From positions 1 to 64,000 of the forward strand of contig CBFGKC010000007.1 in assembly GCA_965649265.1 (NCBI GenBank): a stretch of DNA of 64,000 nt. Reading direction: 5' to 3'. Source of the DNA: a candidate division WOR-3 bacterium (GTDB taxonomy: Bacteria; Hydrothermota; Tepidihabitantia; B3-TA06). Made by a program: the position numbers and the translations under genes. The notes below the pieces were generated by a model. It was given only the letters and a program-made list of their open reading frames with translations. It did no database searches and had not been told where the DNA came from. Positions 28,025 through 38,646 of the stretch are shown here, piece after piece (within the stretch, counting starts at the first letter, position 1; each line of letters opens with the position of its first letter).

Positions 28025-30724
28025 ATGAAAGCTATATTGATTGCATTTTTGTTCGCGGCCTCCGGCGTATTTGGAGAAAATTTTTTCAACATCTCGCCGA
28101 TGCCGCTTAGCCCCGAGTTTGTGGAAGAACTTCGCGCAAAAGGAGAATTGGATTCTGTAATCAGTATCTGGAGATCCTTCAATCAGAACAATTACCTTTC
28201 TTCGAAATCTTTGCCCGCAGAACCGCTTAAATCTGGTGGAGCCGTTGCAATACTTGTGGATTTTAGCGATAACAAAGCCGATACCTCAAATCATCCGCCT
28301 GCCAAGTACGATACTCTACTTTTCAGTGTCGGGAAAATGAAAACCGGCAGCATGAAAGATTTTTACATTGAGAACTCTTACAATTTATTCAACGTGACAG
28401 GAAAAGTAGCACCACCTGTGGCAAAGAGCAAAAAATGGTACAGACTTTCCGGAAGTTACGATTATTGGTCTGAAAATTACGGATTTTCTCATTCGGGAGA
28501 ACTCGCCCTTGCCGCAGTACAGGCAGCTGATGCGGATATTGATTTCTCTCAATTCGACAACGACGGTCCTGACGGGAAACCTAATTCAGGCGACGATGAC
28601 GGTATCGTAGATGCGGTTTTCGTCATTCACGCCGGACCCGGATACGAAGATAACCACTGCGGGAAAATATGGTCTCACGCTTCAGGAACCAGTTACGAAA
28701 CTAACGATAACGCCAAGGGTGGAGGAAAAATCAGAATTGAGCGTTATTCCATACAGCCTGAAGAAAGATGCAACGGAGAATTAATCGATATGGGGGTATT
28801 CGCCCACGAATACGGTCATATTCTGGGATTACCAGATCTTTATGACTATGACTACGATGCTTCAGGCGCCGGACGCTGGACATTAATGGCTTCAGGTTCC
28901 TGGAACGCAGGAGGCGTTTCGCCAGCACACTTCGATGCATGGTGTAAATCCCAACTCGGATGGGTTCAACCGACTATAGTTACTGATTACAAAATTAGAG
29001 CCAAACTTCCTGCTGTCGAGTACACACCAACCGTATATCGCCTTTGGACGGACGGAGACACAACCCCCATGCAGTATTTTCTAATCGAAAACAGGCAGAA
29101 AACCGGCTTGTTTGACTCATATCTACCCGGCGAAGGTTTGCTGATCTACCATGTGGATGATCTGAGATGGAGCAACAACGACCAGTACATACCTGAAGAA
29201 AACCCTTCTTACTTGCACTATCACGTTGCCGTAGAACAGGCTGACGGGAAATTCGATCTCGAACACTACACTAATAACGGCGATAATAATGATCCTTTCC
29301 CTGGCATGCTTAATCGCTATGAGTTTGCCGGATTCCTACCATACCCGACAACCAGAGATTACTCTGAAGAAGATACTAAGGTTGCTGTTTTATCCATTTC
29401 CGCTTCAGACAGTATCATGTACGCAGACCTCGATGCAGGCCGTCATCTTCCTTACCTCCGTTTAATTTCGGTAAAACAGCAAAGCTCCGGCAAGCAACGC
29501 ATTGAACCCGGTGGAAGCGGCTATATTTTCGTAACACTCGAAAATAAGTGGGGTACCGGAAACAATGTCGAACTGGAACTCGCGATAGACAACAGTTATG
29601 TAATTCTGACGAAATCCAAAGTAACCCTGGGAAAAGTACCGGAAAACGACACCGTTTCCAACATCTCAAACCCTTTTGAGCTTACGATTGCTGAAAATGC
29701 TCCAGGCTACCTCAAGATTGACGCCGAACTTGTTATAAGAGAAACCACAACCGGTTATGAGCAGCGTTTCACGTTTCCTTTGACTTTCGGCTGGCCAGGC
29801 GTATTGATTGTTAACGATTCTGAGGATGATAACCTTTCTCAAATCTATGAGAAGAACCTTGAGGCGCTTGGAATTCCTTATGAGGCGCTAACTTCAAATG
29901 ATCTTTTGCTTCTCGATGATGTTCTTTTATCAGAAGAAAACAGAGATTCTATCTTAATCTGGTTCACCGGTAAAAAGACTGCAACCTTGACCCAAGAGGA
30001 ACAGGTTTTAATTGAGGAATTCACCCAACATGCCGGAAAACTTATCCTGTCAAGTGAAAATCTGGGTGAAGATTTAGGTAACTCACCCTTTTATAGTAAC
30101 GTAATGCATGCCCACTTCGAGAACGCGACGGAGACGGAAAATATATTCACAGGCACTTCAGACAATCCACTATTCAAAAGCAACGAAAAGGTTTCAGTGC
30201 TGGTTGCATACTCCCTCTCCAAAGACGGCATATCCGCCCTGGATGGAGCCCAAGAAATCCTATCCTACCCGACCGACGGAAATGCAGCAGCTTTAACTGT
30301 TAACAATGACACCACGCAGATAGTTTACCTGGCCTTCCCTCTGGAAGGAGTAGGGGGCAACCCCACAATGGTTCTCACTCAGGAGGAACTATTTCGCCGT
30401 TTCTTCGACTGGTTCGGATACCAAATAGGCATCCGCGAAGATTTTCAGCCTGCACCGCTAAAAACCACCATGACTCTTCTCACACCTTTTATAGCTAAAG
30501 ACAACATTGCCTTAATGGATATTTCTCTAACTTCCAGGGATAGAGTAAAACTGAACATCTACGATGCTCGAGGAAGCCGAATATCAACACACTCTCTTGG
30601 ACTATTGGACAATGGAATACACAGAATAGAGATTCCCGTTTCTGGCATTCCCGCAGGCGTATACTTTGTGACCTTAGAAACAAGTAAAGGAATCAACACC
30701 ACACGCATGGTGGTTCTCAAATAA
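28025..30724 (+). CDS. M6 family (immune inhibitor A-like) metalloprotease with T9SS-type C-terminal domain
   Basis: AHEYGHILGLPDLYD, LMASGSW, YFLIENRQ; C-terminal IYDARG..AGVYFV..RMVVLK. Confidence 0.92.
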   Translation: MKAILIAFLFAASGVFGENFFNISPMPLSPEFVEELRAKGELDSVISIWRSFNQNNYLSSKSLPAEPLKSGGAVAILVDFSDNKADTSNHPPAKYDTLLFSVGKMKTGSMKDFYIENSYNLFNVTGKVAPPVAKSKKWYRLSGSYDYWSENYGFSHSGELALAAVQAADADIDFSQFDNDGPDGKPNSGDDDGIVDAVFVIHAGPGYEDNHCGKIWSHASGTSYETNDNAKGGGKIRIERYSIQPEERCNGELIDMGVFAHEYGHILGLPDLYDYDYDASGAGRWTLMASGSWNAGGVSPAHFDAWCKSQLGWVQPTIVTDYKIRAKLPAVEYTPTVYRLWTDGDTTPMQYFLIENRQKTGLFDSYLPGEGLLIYHVDDLRWSNNDQYIPEENPSYLHYHVAVEQADGKFDLEHYTNNGDNNDPFPGMLNRYEFAGFLPYPTTRDYSEEDTKVAVLSISASDSIMYADLDAGRHLPYLRLISVKQQSSGKQRIEPGGSGYIFVTLENKWGTGNNVELELAIDNSYVILTKSKVTLGKVPENDTVSNISNPFELTIAENAPGYLKIDAELVIRETTTGYEQRFTFPLTFGWPGVLIVNDSEDDNLSQIYEKNLEALGIPYEALTSNDLLLLDDVLLSEENRDSILIWFTGKKTATLTQEEQVLIEEFTQHAGKLILSSENLGEDLGNSPFYSNVMHAHFENATETENIFTGTSDNPLFKSNEKVSVLVAYSLSKDGISALDGAQEILSYPTDGNAAALTVNNDTTQIVYLAFPLEGVGGNPTMVLTQEELFRRFFDWFGYQIGIREDFQPAPLKTTMTLLTPFIAKDNIALMDISLTSRDRVKLNIYDARGSRISTHSLGLLDNGIHRIEIPVSGIPAGVYFVTLETSKGINTTRMVVLK

Positions 30725-30777
30725 AAGAATCGGATCTGTTATTTCCGCTCCTTTTCGTTTCGCTGAGCTAATGGTTT

Positions 30778-31818
30778 TCAGGAATCTAATTGCAGCGAAG
30801 ATACATATTCGTAAAGAAAAAGGGATGGCGTCGGGTTAAGGATAAGACGAGAGAACATTTTTTGCGTCAAAATGATGTTGTGAACAAGCGACGGCCTTGA
30901 GATTCGTGAAGCAAGCTTCTTTACCACGGAGGAAAGCCTTTTCCAGCTAGGCAAACGACCTGTTTTGTATTTAAGAATCCACTGGAAAACTATAGAAAAG
31001 GAGGAAAAAAGCACATCGAGTCCTGGCTTATAGCTAACTTTTTCCACAAAACGCAGCTTTTCCAGAATAGAACATGAACCTTCAAGAAAGTCGAATATCT
31101 CTTCACTGATAATGTTGGTGTGATCTTTAAGAAAAAGATATGCCCTCTTAAGACTGCCAAAAGCAAGGTCAGATGCAATTTCAACATCGTCAGCATTGTA
31201 CCCATTATTACGAAGTTCTGAGCCGATGACTTCATCGGAAAGAGCGTTGAAGCGTACGAGCATGCAGCGGGAACGTATTGTCGGTGGCAGCGAAAAAAGC
31301 CTCGAAGATGTTAGAATTATAATGCTCTCCGCTTGAGGCTCTTCCAATGTCTTAAGGAATGCATTCGCACCCTCTTCGCGAATCCTGTCGAAATCGAAAG
31401 CGAGAACGACTCTGCGGGTAAGTATCCTTGGGGGATAAGACATCTCCCTGCGAAGATCACGCAGACGTTCAATAGAAATTACCCACGAAGGGCTAGGATC
31501 GGGCGAGAGTTTCCCAAGGATGTAGTTGCCCCTTTCTTGGATGTACTCCTCAAGCCATGCTTCCTTGCCGGTTCCAGGCTCTGCCCTGAATGGAAAGAGT
31601 GTTACAATATCAGGATGCGAAAGAGAAAAAATCTCCTGTGCCATGGACGGAGAATTTACTGCCGCGGCAAAAAGGATGGCGGCGGTCCGCTTACCTGAAC
31701 CGTCGGGACCGTAGAAAATGTATCCACCCTTTGGCGAATCGACGGCCTTTTGAAGAAAAGAAAGGGCTTTATCCTGTCCTTTCAAAATATTCAATGCTTG
31801 AAGATTCGTGGAAGACAT
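30778..31818 (-). CDS. holB: DNA polymerase III delta' subunit
   Basis: GPDGSGK, HPD, ANAFLKTLEEP, TIRSRC. Confidence 0.9.
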   Translation of the reverse strand: MSSTNLQALNILKGQDKALSFLQKAVDSPKGGYIFYGPDGSGKRTAAILFAAAVNSPSMAQEIFSLSHPDIVTLFPFRAEPGTGKEAWLEEYIQERGNYILGKLSPDPSPSWVISIERLRDLRREMSYPPRILTRRVVLAFDFDRIREEGANAFLKTLEEPQAESIIILTSSRLFSLPPTIRSRCMLVRFNALSDEVIGSELRNNGYNADDVEIASDLAFGSLKRAYLFLKDHTNIISEEIFDFLEGSCSILEKLRFVEKVSYKPGLDVLFSSFSIVFQWILKYKTGRLPSWKRLSSVVKKLASRISRPSLVHNIILTQKMFSRLILNPTPSLFLYEYVSSLQLDS

Positions 31819-32942
31819 TACTTTAGATAATCGATAGGATTGCGTGAAGAGGTTCCCTGCCTTATCTCAAAATGCAGGTAATCTGAAGCACTTCCCAGGC
31901 TCTGGCCCTGCGTCACCGCCTGACCGTTTTTCACGCTTATCTTGTCCAGGTTTCCATATATTGTGTAATAGCCGTCCTGGTGATCGATGACGACCAGAAG
32001 TCCATATCCTGTTAGATTTTCCGCGTAAACCACCTTGCCCTTGTTTATGGCTTTCACGGTCTGCCCCCCGGAACAATCTATGTCTACACCGTCGTTTCGG
32101 GTTTTTGTGTTATATCTCGGATGCACGTTGATTCCATAGCTCGAAATGATCTTGTGACCGGAAACGGGCCAGGGAAGGGTCCCCCTCCCCTTCTCAATGA
32201 CGGTTCCTTGTGGCTTGCGATCGGGTGAGGTGGAGCTTTGCTGATCCATTGTCGAAAGCAGTTTTTCGAGCTGTCGTCTGCGTTCTTCGAGTTCCTTGAC
32301 AAGCTTTTCCTTCGATTCCTTTGAACCTTGTATCTCATTGAGCCTGCCCTCCTTGCTGCGCCTTGCGGAAACAAGGGAGTCCTCAGCAGATTTCTTTTCG
32401 CCAAGAAGCGCTGAAAGCTCGTTACTGTAAGAAACCAATGTCGATTTCCTCGAATCCAACTCGTCCTTGGTCGCAAGTAATCTCTCAAACAGTCGCTCCT
32501 CAGCTCTTGCCGCATACCGTGTGAAATAGATTCTATCATAAACCTCAGCCGCCGAGCGTGCGCCAAAAATAAGTTCCAGATCGTAATACTGACCGCGTTT
32601 GTAAATGGATAAAAGGCGCTTTTTCAGATTATCCTTGCTCCCTTCTATCTCTCTTTCAAGACGAGATACCTCCACTTCAAGGGAATCTATCTCCTTTTGT
32701 GTTGCCCTTGCCGAGCTTTCAAGTTCGCTTATCAGCCGACGCGAAAGGGTAACCTGCTCATTCAAAAGATCAATCTCCACCTTGACGTTCTTTTCCTGGC
32801 TCTGAAGCGTGGTTATCTCTTTTTTTACTGCGGTAAGTCTTGACCGAATATTATCGAGTTCTTTCTGTCTGTCGGCCTTCGACTGAGGCATTACAAGAAA
32901 TGGGAAGAGTAAAATGAGGGTCCAGATGAAAAACCGTTTCAC
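31818..32942 (-). CDS. envC: EnvC-like murein hydrolase activator (coiled coil + degenerate M23)
   Basis: Downstream of ftsEX; LPWPV, LHFEIR. Confidence 0.85.
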   Translation of the reverse strand: MKRFFIWTLILLFPFLVMPQSKADRQKELDNIRSRLTAVKKEITTLQSQEKNVKVEIDLLNEQVTLSRRLISELESSARATQKEIDSLEVEVSRLEREIEGSKDNLKKRLLSIYKRGQYYDLELIFGARSAAEVYDRIYFTRYAARAEERLFERLLATKDELDSRKSTLVSYSNELSALLGEKKSAEDSLVSARRSKEGRLNEIQGSKESKEKLVKELEERRRQLEKLLSTMDQQSSTSPDRKPQGTVIEKGRGTLPWPVSGHKIISSYGINVHPRYNTKTRNDGVDIDCSGGQTVKAINKGKVVYAENLTGYGLLVVIDHQDGYYTIYGNLDKISVKNGQAVTQGQSLGSASDYLHFEIRQGTSSRNPIDYLK

Positions 32943-33796
32943 GAACGTTTCAATTTAAATGCGTCAATCGCCAATCCCGATCCGAGCCAGCCGAAAAGCA
33001 CACCTAATCCACCGAGGATCGCGGCAAGCTGCCACGCCGGGAACTCGACTCCCAAAGGAAGTCTGGATACAAGTACGTGCATGACGAAAACGATTGCGTA
33101 TGAAATTGCACCTCCGAATAATCCCTCAAGAATACCCTCTATGACATAAGGAGCCCGCAGGGTTCGAGGAGATACACCCATAAGCCAGTAGATGTCTATT
33201 ACCCTGCGTCTGTCGAGAATGGCAAACCTTGTGGCAAGCATTGTCACAAGAATCCCCGAGAACCCCACGAGAAGAAGAACAAAGAAATCTGCTCCCAGTA
33301 TTGCATAAAGGAAATTGTTGAGCCTTGACAAAAGATATCTGTCAATCCACACCTCCTCCACCCCTTTAAAAAGATTCAGTTTCTGCTCAAGAGCATCGAG
33401 CTTTGCACGCGAACGGTATTCAGGGGTAAGTTTCAGGCGTATGGAGGGAGGAAGTGGATTTGAATCGAGAATCTCAAGAAGCCTTGCATCTTTGCCCAAT
33501 TCACGTTTGAATTCTGAAAGCGCTTCTTCGCTCGACACGGAAGAACCTGACGCAACTCCTTCAATTGTGGATAGCTCAGTCAGCAACTCAGCAGGTTTCG
33601 CATCATTTGCAAGAAACAAGACGACTTCGAGCCTTTCTTCGACTGCCTTTTTGAAATCAATGATGTAAAAGGTTCCGAGCGCGAATACTCCAACGATGGA
33701 AAGAACCACGGCAAAAATCGCGGCTGCAGCAAAGGATATCCTTCTGCCTTTGAAAAAAAGAGTTGAACCTTCCTTAAGTACAAACCCGGGATTCAC
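32939..33796 (-). CDS. ftsX: Cell division permease FtsX
   Basis: NPLP, PYVIEG, four TM helices. Confidence 0.88.
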   Translation of the reverse strand: MNPGFVLKEGSTLFFKGRRISFAAAAIFAVVLSIVGVFALGTFYIIDFKKAVEERLEVVLFLANDAKPAELLTELSTIEGVASGSSVSSEEALSEFKRELGKDARLLEILDSNPLPPSIRLKLTPEYRSRAKLDALEQKLNLFKGVEEVWIDRYLLSRLNNFLYAILGADFFVLLLVGFSGILVTMLATRFAILDRRRVIDIYWLMGVSPRTLRAPYVIEGILEGLFGGAISYAIVFVMHVLVSRLPLGVEFPAWQLAAILGGLGVLFGWLGSGLAIDAFKLKRS

Positions 33797-34443
33797 GCGA
33801 GCCCCTCTTTAGAAAGAGCGAGCACTCTTCCGGGAAGAAAGTTCAAGACCTCATGTACGTGGCTTGCCGCAAGTATCGTCATCCCTTTATGATTAACTTC
33901 GCCGAGAAGCTTGAGCATCTCACGCTCCTCCCTTTCATCCAGAGCCGAGAATGGCTCATCCATTATCAAGATATCTGGTTCCTTGGCTAGCGCTCGCGCA
34001 AGAGCAATCTTTTGTCGCTGGCCGACGGACAGTTCATATGGACAACGATATCTTGAATCAAGCATTCCAACATGCCCCAGCCATTGTTCGGCCCTGAGGA
34101 GCGAATCTTTTCTCGAAAAACCAAGAGCCCTTAATATTAAAGCGATGTTATCGAGTGCCGGGCGGTCGTCAAAAAGACGTATATCCTGAAAAACCAACCC
34201 TAGTCTCTGCCTCAAGTTTGAAAGGCCTTTTTCTTTGAGTTTATGGACGTCCTCATCGAAAACGTGAACCTTGCCCTCCGTAGGCTTCTCCGCCCCCCAT
34301 ATAATTCTGAGAAGAACGCTCTTACCTATTCCGGTCGCGCCTATTATCCAGACCCATTCACCTTTTTGAACGGTAAGATTCAAATTTCCCAACACGACTT
34401 GATCCGGTGGAAATAGTTTTGTTAAGCCTTCAACCTTTATCAT
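33793..34443 (-). CDS. ftsE: Cell division ATP-binding protein FtsE
   Basis: GATGIGKS, VFQD, LSVGQRQ, DEP; adjacent to ftsX. Confidence 0.88.
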   Translation of the reverse strand: MIKVEGLTKLFPPDQVVLGNLNLTVQKGEWVWIIGATGIGKSVLLRIIWGAEKPTEGKVHVFDEDVHKLKEKGLSNLRQRLGLVFQDIRLFDDRPALDNIALILRALGFSRKDSLLRAEQWLGHVGMLDSRYRCPYELSVGQRQKIALARALAKEPDILIMDEPFSALDEREEREMLKLLGEVNHKGMTILAASHVHEVLNFLPGRVLALSKEGLA

Positions 34444-34459
34444 ATCAGTGCCACATCCT

Positions 34460-35419
34460 TTAGCCTTTACTCAAGTGTTCCCTGATTTTTGCGGCAACAC
34501 CTTGCGGAGTAAAGCCGAAGTAATCCACAAGATCGTTACATGAGCCCGATTCTCCGAATCTGTCCATTACACCAATCTTCAAAAGCCTCGCGGGAATTTT
34601 TTCGGACAAGAGCGAAGCAACGGCGTCGCCCAGTCCGCCTATAACGGAATGTTCCTCGGCCGTTACAATGAAGCCATTTTTCGATGCCGCTTGCAGCACC
34701 GGTTCCTCATCCAGCGGCTTGACCGTATGCATGTCAATGACACCGAGGTATATTCCTTCTTCGTCGAGTAATCGTGAAGCCTCAAGAGCAGGCCAAACGA
34801 GGGAGCCCGTAGCGACTATTGTTCCCATTGTCCCTTCGCGGAGAACTTTGGCCTTACCGATCTGAAAGGTCTCCCCCTCCTTGTAAATGCGCGGAAGATT
34901 GGGTCTCGTGAGTCTCATGTACGTGAGACCTTTATGATCGGCAAGTGTCATTACGAGCGCATACGTGGCAATGTCGTCCGCAGGTGCAATAACGGTTGTT
35001 CTGGGTATTATTCTCAAAAGCGCCATGTCTTCTATCGCCTGGTGCGATGCGCCGTCCTCACCAACCGTTATCCCGGAGTGAGTGGCAACGATGTTCATGG
35101 TAACGCCGGAATACGCGGCGGAGTTGCGAACCTGTTCCCAAGGCTTTCCCACGGCAAACATCGCAAAGGTCGAAACGAAAACGAGCTTACCTGTAGTGGC
35201 CAGACCGACGCCGGTATCTATCATGTCGGCCTCTGCAATCCCCATGTTAAAGAAGCGATCCGGGAAAGCCTTGCGGAATCTTGCCGTTTGCGTCGAAGAG
35301 GAAAGATCCGCATCAAGAACCACAAGATCCTTACGCTTTCTTCCAAGTTCCAGAAGCGCGTCGGAGTACGCCTTGCGAAGAGAGAACTTCTCTACCGTTC
35401 CAGTTCCGCCAGAGCCCAT
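34460..35419 (-). CDS. Transketolase C-terminal subunit
   Basis: LDADL, GIAE, GEDGASHQ, EEHS. Confidence 0.92.
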   Translation of the reverse strand: MGSGGTGTVEKFSLRKAYSDALLELGRKRKDLVVLDADLSSSTQTARFRKAFPDRFFNMGIAEADMIDTGVGLATTGKLVFVSTFAMFAVGKPWEQVRNSAAYSGVTMNIVATHSGITVGEDGASHQAIEDMALLRIIPRTTVIAPADDIATYALVMTLADHKGLTYMRLTRPNLPRIYKEGETFQIGKAKVLREGTMGTIVATGSLVWPALEASRLLDEEGIYLGVIDMHTVKPLDEEPVLQAASKNGFIVTAEEHSVIGGLGDAVASLLSEKIPARLLKIGVMDRFGESGSCNDLVDYFGFTPQGVAAKIREHLSKG

Positions 35420-36246
35420 TTCAACTCCTCTTCGGTAGGAGCTCTACCGTGAAATTCAAGATTGTTTTCCATGAACGAAACACCCTTTCCTTTAACCGTC
35501 CTGGCGATTATTGCCGTGGGGCAGCATCTCTCCTCGGATGCGAACCTGAATGCCGAAAGCAGCTGGCTGAAGTCGTGCCCGTCTATCACGAGAACCTGCC
35601 AGCCGAATGCCCTGAATTTTTCGTCGATTGGATCGATATTCATTATTTCTGAGGTCGATCCGTCGATCTGCAGACCGTTCTTGTCCACGATGGCCGTGAG
35701 ATTGGAAAGTTTGTAATGCGAAGCACTCATCGCTGCTTCCCATATCTGGCCTTCCTGGCATTCGCCGTCGCCCATCAACGCGTAAACGCGAGAGGCGAAA
35801 CCGTCGATCCTTAACCCAAGGGCCATGCCGTTAGCAAGCGAAAGTCCGTGCCCGAGAGAACCGGTGCATATCTCTATCCCAGGAGTATTAAAGCACGGAT
35901 GTCCCTGAAGGGGAGAGCCAAGCTGGCGAAGGTTTCCAAGATATTCCTTAGGAAAGTATCCGCAATCCGCAAGAACCGCATAAAGAGCAGGTGCACCGTG
36001 CCCTTTGGAAAGCACGAAGCGATCCCTCTCCGGCCATGAGGGTTCCGCAGGACGATGTTTCATCACATGATAGTAAAGAACGGTAAGAATATCTATTGCG
36101 GAAAGTGAACCACCCGTGTGTCCTGACTGGGCTTTTGCCAGCATCTTAAGGATATCCATGCGCAGCTTTCTGGATTTCGATTTGAGTTCCTCGATGAGTT
36201 CAGCGGGTGGCATATCGTGTGGGAAGTTTAAAGAGTTTTCGTTCAT
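35392..36246 (-). CDS. Transketolase N-terminal (TPP-binding) subunit
   Basis: SGHTGGSLS, SKGH, GDGE..EG. Confidence 0.92.
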   Translation of the reverse strand: MNENSLNFPHDMPPAELIEELKSKSRKLRMDILKMLAKAQSGHTGGSLSAIDILTVLYYHVMKHRPAEPSWPERDRFVLSKGHGAPALYAVLADCGYFPKEYLGNLRQLGSPLQGHPCFNTPGIEICTGSLGHGLSLANGMALGLRIDGFASRVYALMGDGECQEGQIWEAAMSASHYKLSNLTAIVDKNGLQIDGSTSEIMNIDPIDEKFRAFGWQVLVIDGHDFSQLLSAFRFASEERCCPTAIIARTVKGKGVSFMENNLEFHGRAPTEEELKWALAELER

Positions 36247-37158
36247 CTAGTTCCTCACAAGCCTTTCGGCCATTCTGATTGCTGCAATAAGACTTGAAGG
36301 GTCAGCCTTGTCCTTGCCTGCTATGTCGAATGCGGTGCCGTGGAGGGGCGAGGTCCGGACGAAAGGCAGCCCCCACGTTATGTTTACCCCCTCCCCCCTC
36401 GCCAAGAGCTTTGCCGCGACCATACCCTGATCGTGATACTGGCAGAGAAAGCCGTCCACATCTTCCATGTGCAAGTGCATTGTATCGGCTGGAAAGGGTC
36501 CGTCGGCATCAATTCCTTCCTCCCTTGCCTTGGCGATCGCGTCCGCAATCAACCCGTCCTCACCCCTTGAAAACTCGGCTGCATGAGGATTGAGAGCAAG
36601 TACCGCGATCCGTGCGGGCCTTGAGTGGAACTTCGAAAGAAAGTCTTCGTAGAGCCTGAGCTTCGACAATACAATATCTGTGCTTATTGTTTCGGAAACG
36701 GTAGCAAGCGGTTGATGCGTTGTCACGAAAGCAAACGAAGCGTAGGGCGAATGCGCAATCATCAACACTTTCTCTACGCCTGAAGCCTCTGCTAAAAACT
36801 CTGTGTGTCCCGTAAATGACGGATGCGAAAATTGAACAGCTCGTTTGTTAATGGGGCTTGTAACCAGAGCGTCAATTACTCCCTCCGTGATCAATTTGAC
36901 GCCGTGTTCGAGGGCGGTTATTGCCGCTTCGCCTGACGAGCGCTGCACCTTGCCGAACTCGAACTCAAAGTTGCCTGTATCTACAACTCTCGGTAATGTG
37001 AAATTTCGGGACAGCATCATCTGCGTTGCCCTAAGAATACTCAAGGGCCCGATGATTGTCAAGCCGTTAAGCTCCCGGGGCATCTTTTCCAAAGCCTTGA
37101 TGACAATCTCAGGACCTATACCTGCCACATCGCCGAGGGTTATCCCTATACGCGCCAC
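36247..37158 (-). CDS. pdxA: 4-hydroxythreonine-4-phosphate dehydrogenase family
   Basis: GDVAGIGPE, GHTEFL, LNPH, YHDQG, RTSPLHGTAFDIAG. Confidence 0.9.
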   Translation of the reverse strand: MARIGITLGDVAGIGPEIVIKALEKMPRELNGLTIIGPLSILRATQMMLSRNFTLPRVVDTGNFEFEFGKVQRSSGEAAITALEHGVKLITEGVIDALVTSPINKRAVQFSHPSFTGHTEFLAEASGVEKVLMIAHSPYASFAFVTTHQPLATVSETISTDIVLSKLRLYEDFLSKFHSRPARIAVLALNPHAAEFSRGEDGLIADAIAKAREEGIDADGPFPADTMHLHMEDVDGFLCQYHDQGMVAAKLLARGEGVNITWGLPFVRTSPLHGTAFDIAGKDKADPSSLIAAIRMAERLVRN

Positions 37159-37164
37159 GCCTGT

Positions 37165-37226
37165 ATTTTATTCAATTTGGGAAAAAGGGCAAGCCCAGTT
37201 GACGTAACTAGTTCCACGTTTATAAT
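37165..37226. promoter_or_regulatory. Back-to-back divergent promoters (pdxA / ogt), both probably leaderless
   Basis: Minus TTGCCC-16-TAAAAT (37192-37165); plus TTGACG-16-TATAAT (37199-37226); each 6 nt before a start codon. Confidence 0.65.
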
Positions 37227-37232
37227 AAAATG

Positions 37233-37697
37233 ATGAGAAGTTACTATTACGATGCGAAATTATTCCAGGTAGAGGTGAAATGGGAAGTGGACAAAGCCGT
37301 GAGTATCGATATTAACCCTTCTAAACCAGCCAGTTCTTATGATACTCCTCCCGGAGAGGTGAGAAAATTCTTTGAAGATTTGAAGGCATATGTCAATGGT
37401 CACAAAGTCGAATTCACCTTGCCGTTGGACTGGTCAAGACTGTCAGATTTTGCGGAAAAGGTTTCAAGAAAACTTTCCCAGACCCGACCCGGCGAAGTAC
37501 TCTCTTACGGTGAACTTGCGAAGAGAGTTGAAAACGAAAAGGCATCACGCGCGGTCGGTAGGGTAATGGCCTCAAATCCTTTTCCGATTGTCATCCCCTG
37601 TCATCGAGTTGTTGGAAGGAACGGGGCCCTGACAGGCTACGGCCCTGGTCTGGAATTAAAGAAACTCCTCTTGAACCTGGAGAGAAGAAGCCGATGA
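37233..37697 (+). CDS. ogt: Methylated-DNA-protein-cysteine methyltransferase
   Basis: SYGELA, RAVG, IPCHRV. Confidence 0.93.
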   Translation: MRSYYYDAKLFQVEVKWEVDKAVSIDINPSKPASSYDTPPGEVRKFFEDLKAYVNGHKVEFTLPLDWSRLSDFAEKVSRKLSQTRPGEVLSYGELAKRVENEKASRAVGRVMASNPFPIVIPCHRVVGRNGALTGYGPGLELKKLLLNLERRSR

Positions 37698-37873
37698 ATC
37701 ACCAGGCTGATGCTCCACAAAAAGGCATATTGAAGAAAACCACCTTTGCTATAGTTTCCTTATCCCTATTGCTTTTGTCAATCCTGGCTTTACGAATAGC
37801 GGACACGGTTCTATACATCCATCTCGGAGTTCTCCTGAAAGCCATAGTGAAACTATGGCCGATCTCTGGTTGA
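37694..37873 (+). CDS. Small membrane protein (59 aa), below the ORF-track cutoff
   Basis: ATGA overlap with the ogt stop; hydrophobic MNHQADAPQKGILKKTTFAIVSLSLLLLSILALRIAD.. Confidence 0.45.
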   Translation: MNHQADAPQKGILKKTTFAIVSLSLLLLSILALRIADTVLYIHLGVLLKAIVKLWPISG

Positions 37874-37933
37874 CGTTACTTATCAATCACCCGTCAAATA
37901 ATGTAGCGAATTCATAATCCAAGGAGGTTTCTT

Positions 37934-38596
37934 ATGAAAAGAATCTTTCTAGGGTTCCTAATACTGTTAGGAATCGGTCTCTCCGGATGTGCTTCCCCTA
38001 AAACCATTAAAAACCGTACATGTTTAGAAAAGTCGACCGTAATTGTTATCAAAAGCGACGGTGACAGTGTGCTGTATAACGGAGACCTCGTCAAGGGCGA
38101 TACCTGCCTTGCAATGTTACTTACCCCCCTCCCCCATGACCTTGCATCGCTTACCATGATTGACGGATGTAACGGTATCTTCTTTCTTAAAGGCGGGCTC
38201 GATTCAGCAACCCGCAAGTATACTATAATTATCCAGGGCGACACAATAGTCATACCGGAAACCGACAGTCTCCGTAAAAGTATACTTGAGAATGGAAGGA
38301 TCATCGTTGGTAACGACACTATATTACTTTCCAGCCCTCTTATTTCAGGAGACAAAGATCTTCCAAAGTGCATAATAGAAGGAGATAAGTACGTAATAGG
38401 GAAAGACACGTTTTATATGCCTAAGTGCGAGAATGGCGTGATCATAATGAACGGAGACACGATCAAGATCGACGAATTAGAGCTCAAGAACAAAGGCCAT
38501 ATAAAGATCATACGGATTATTGAAAACGACTCATACAAAGTCAAGGTTGAACAAAACGTTCAGGGATCAACCGATCCTCAAAAAGAGGAACTATAG
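37934..38596 (+). CDS. Lipoprotein with repeated I-x-G-(N/K)-D-T beta-hairpin motifs
   Basis: AGGAGG SD; lipobox LSGC. Confidence 0.75.
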   Translation: MKRIFLGFLILLGIGLSGCASPKTIKNRTCLEKSTVIVIKSDGDSVLYNGDLVKGDTCLAMLLTPLPHDLASLTMIDGCNGIFFLKGGLDSATRKYTIIIQGDTIVIPETDSLRKSILENGRIIVGNDTILLSSPLISGDKDLPKCIIEGDKYVIGKDTFYMPKCENGVIIMNGDTIKIDELELKNKGHIKIIRIIENDSYKVKVEQNVQGSTDPQKEEL

Positions 38597-38615
38597 AACT
38601 CCGACCTTAGCAACC

Positions 38616-38645
38616 AAAAGCTGGTCACAATGACCGGCTTTTTTT
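38616..38645 (+). terminator. Intrinsic terminator
   Basis: AAGCTGGTCA-caa-TGACCGGCTT plus T tract. Confidence 0.75.
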
Positions 38646-38646
38646 C

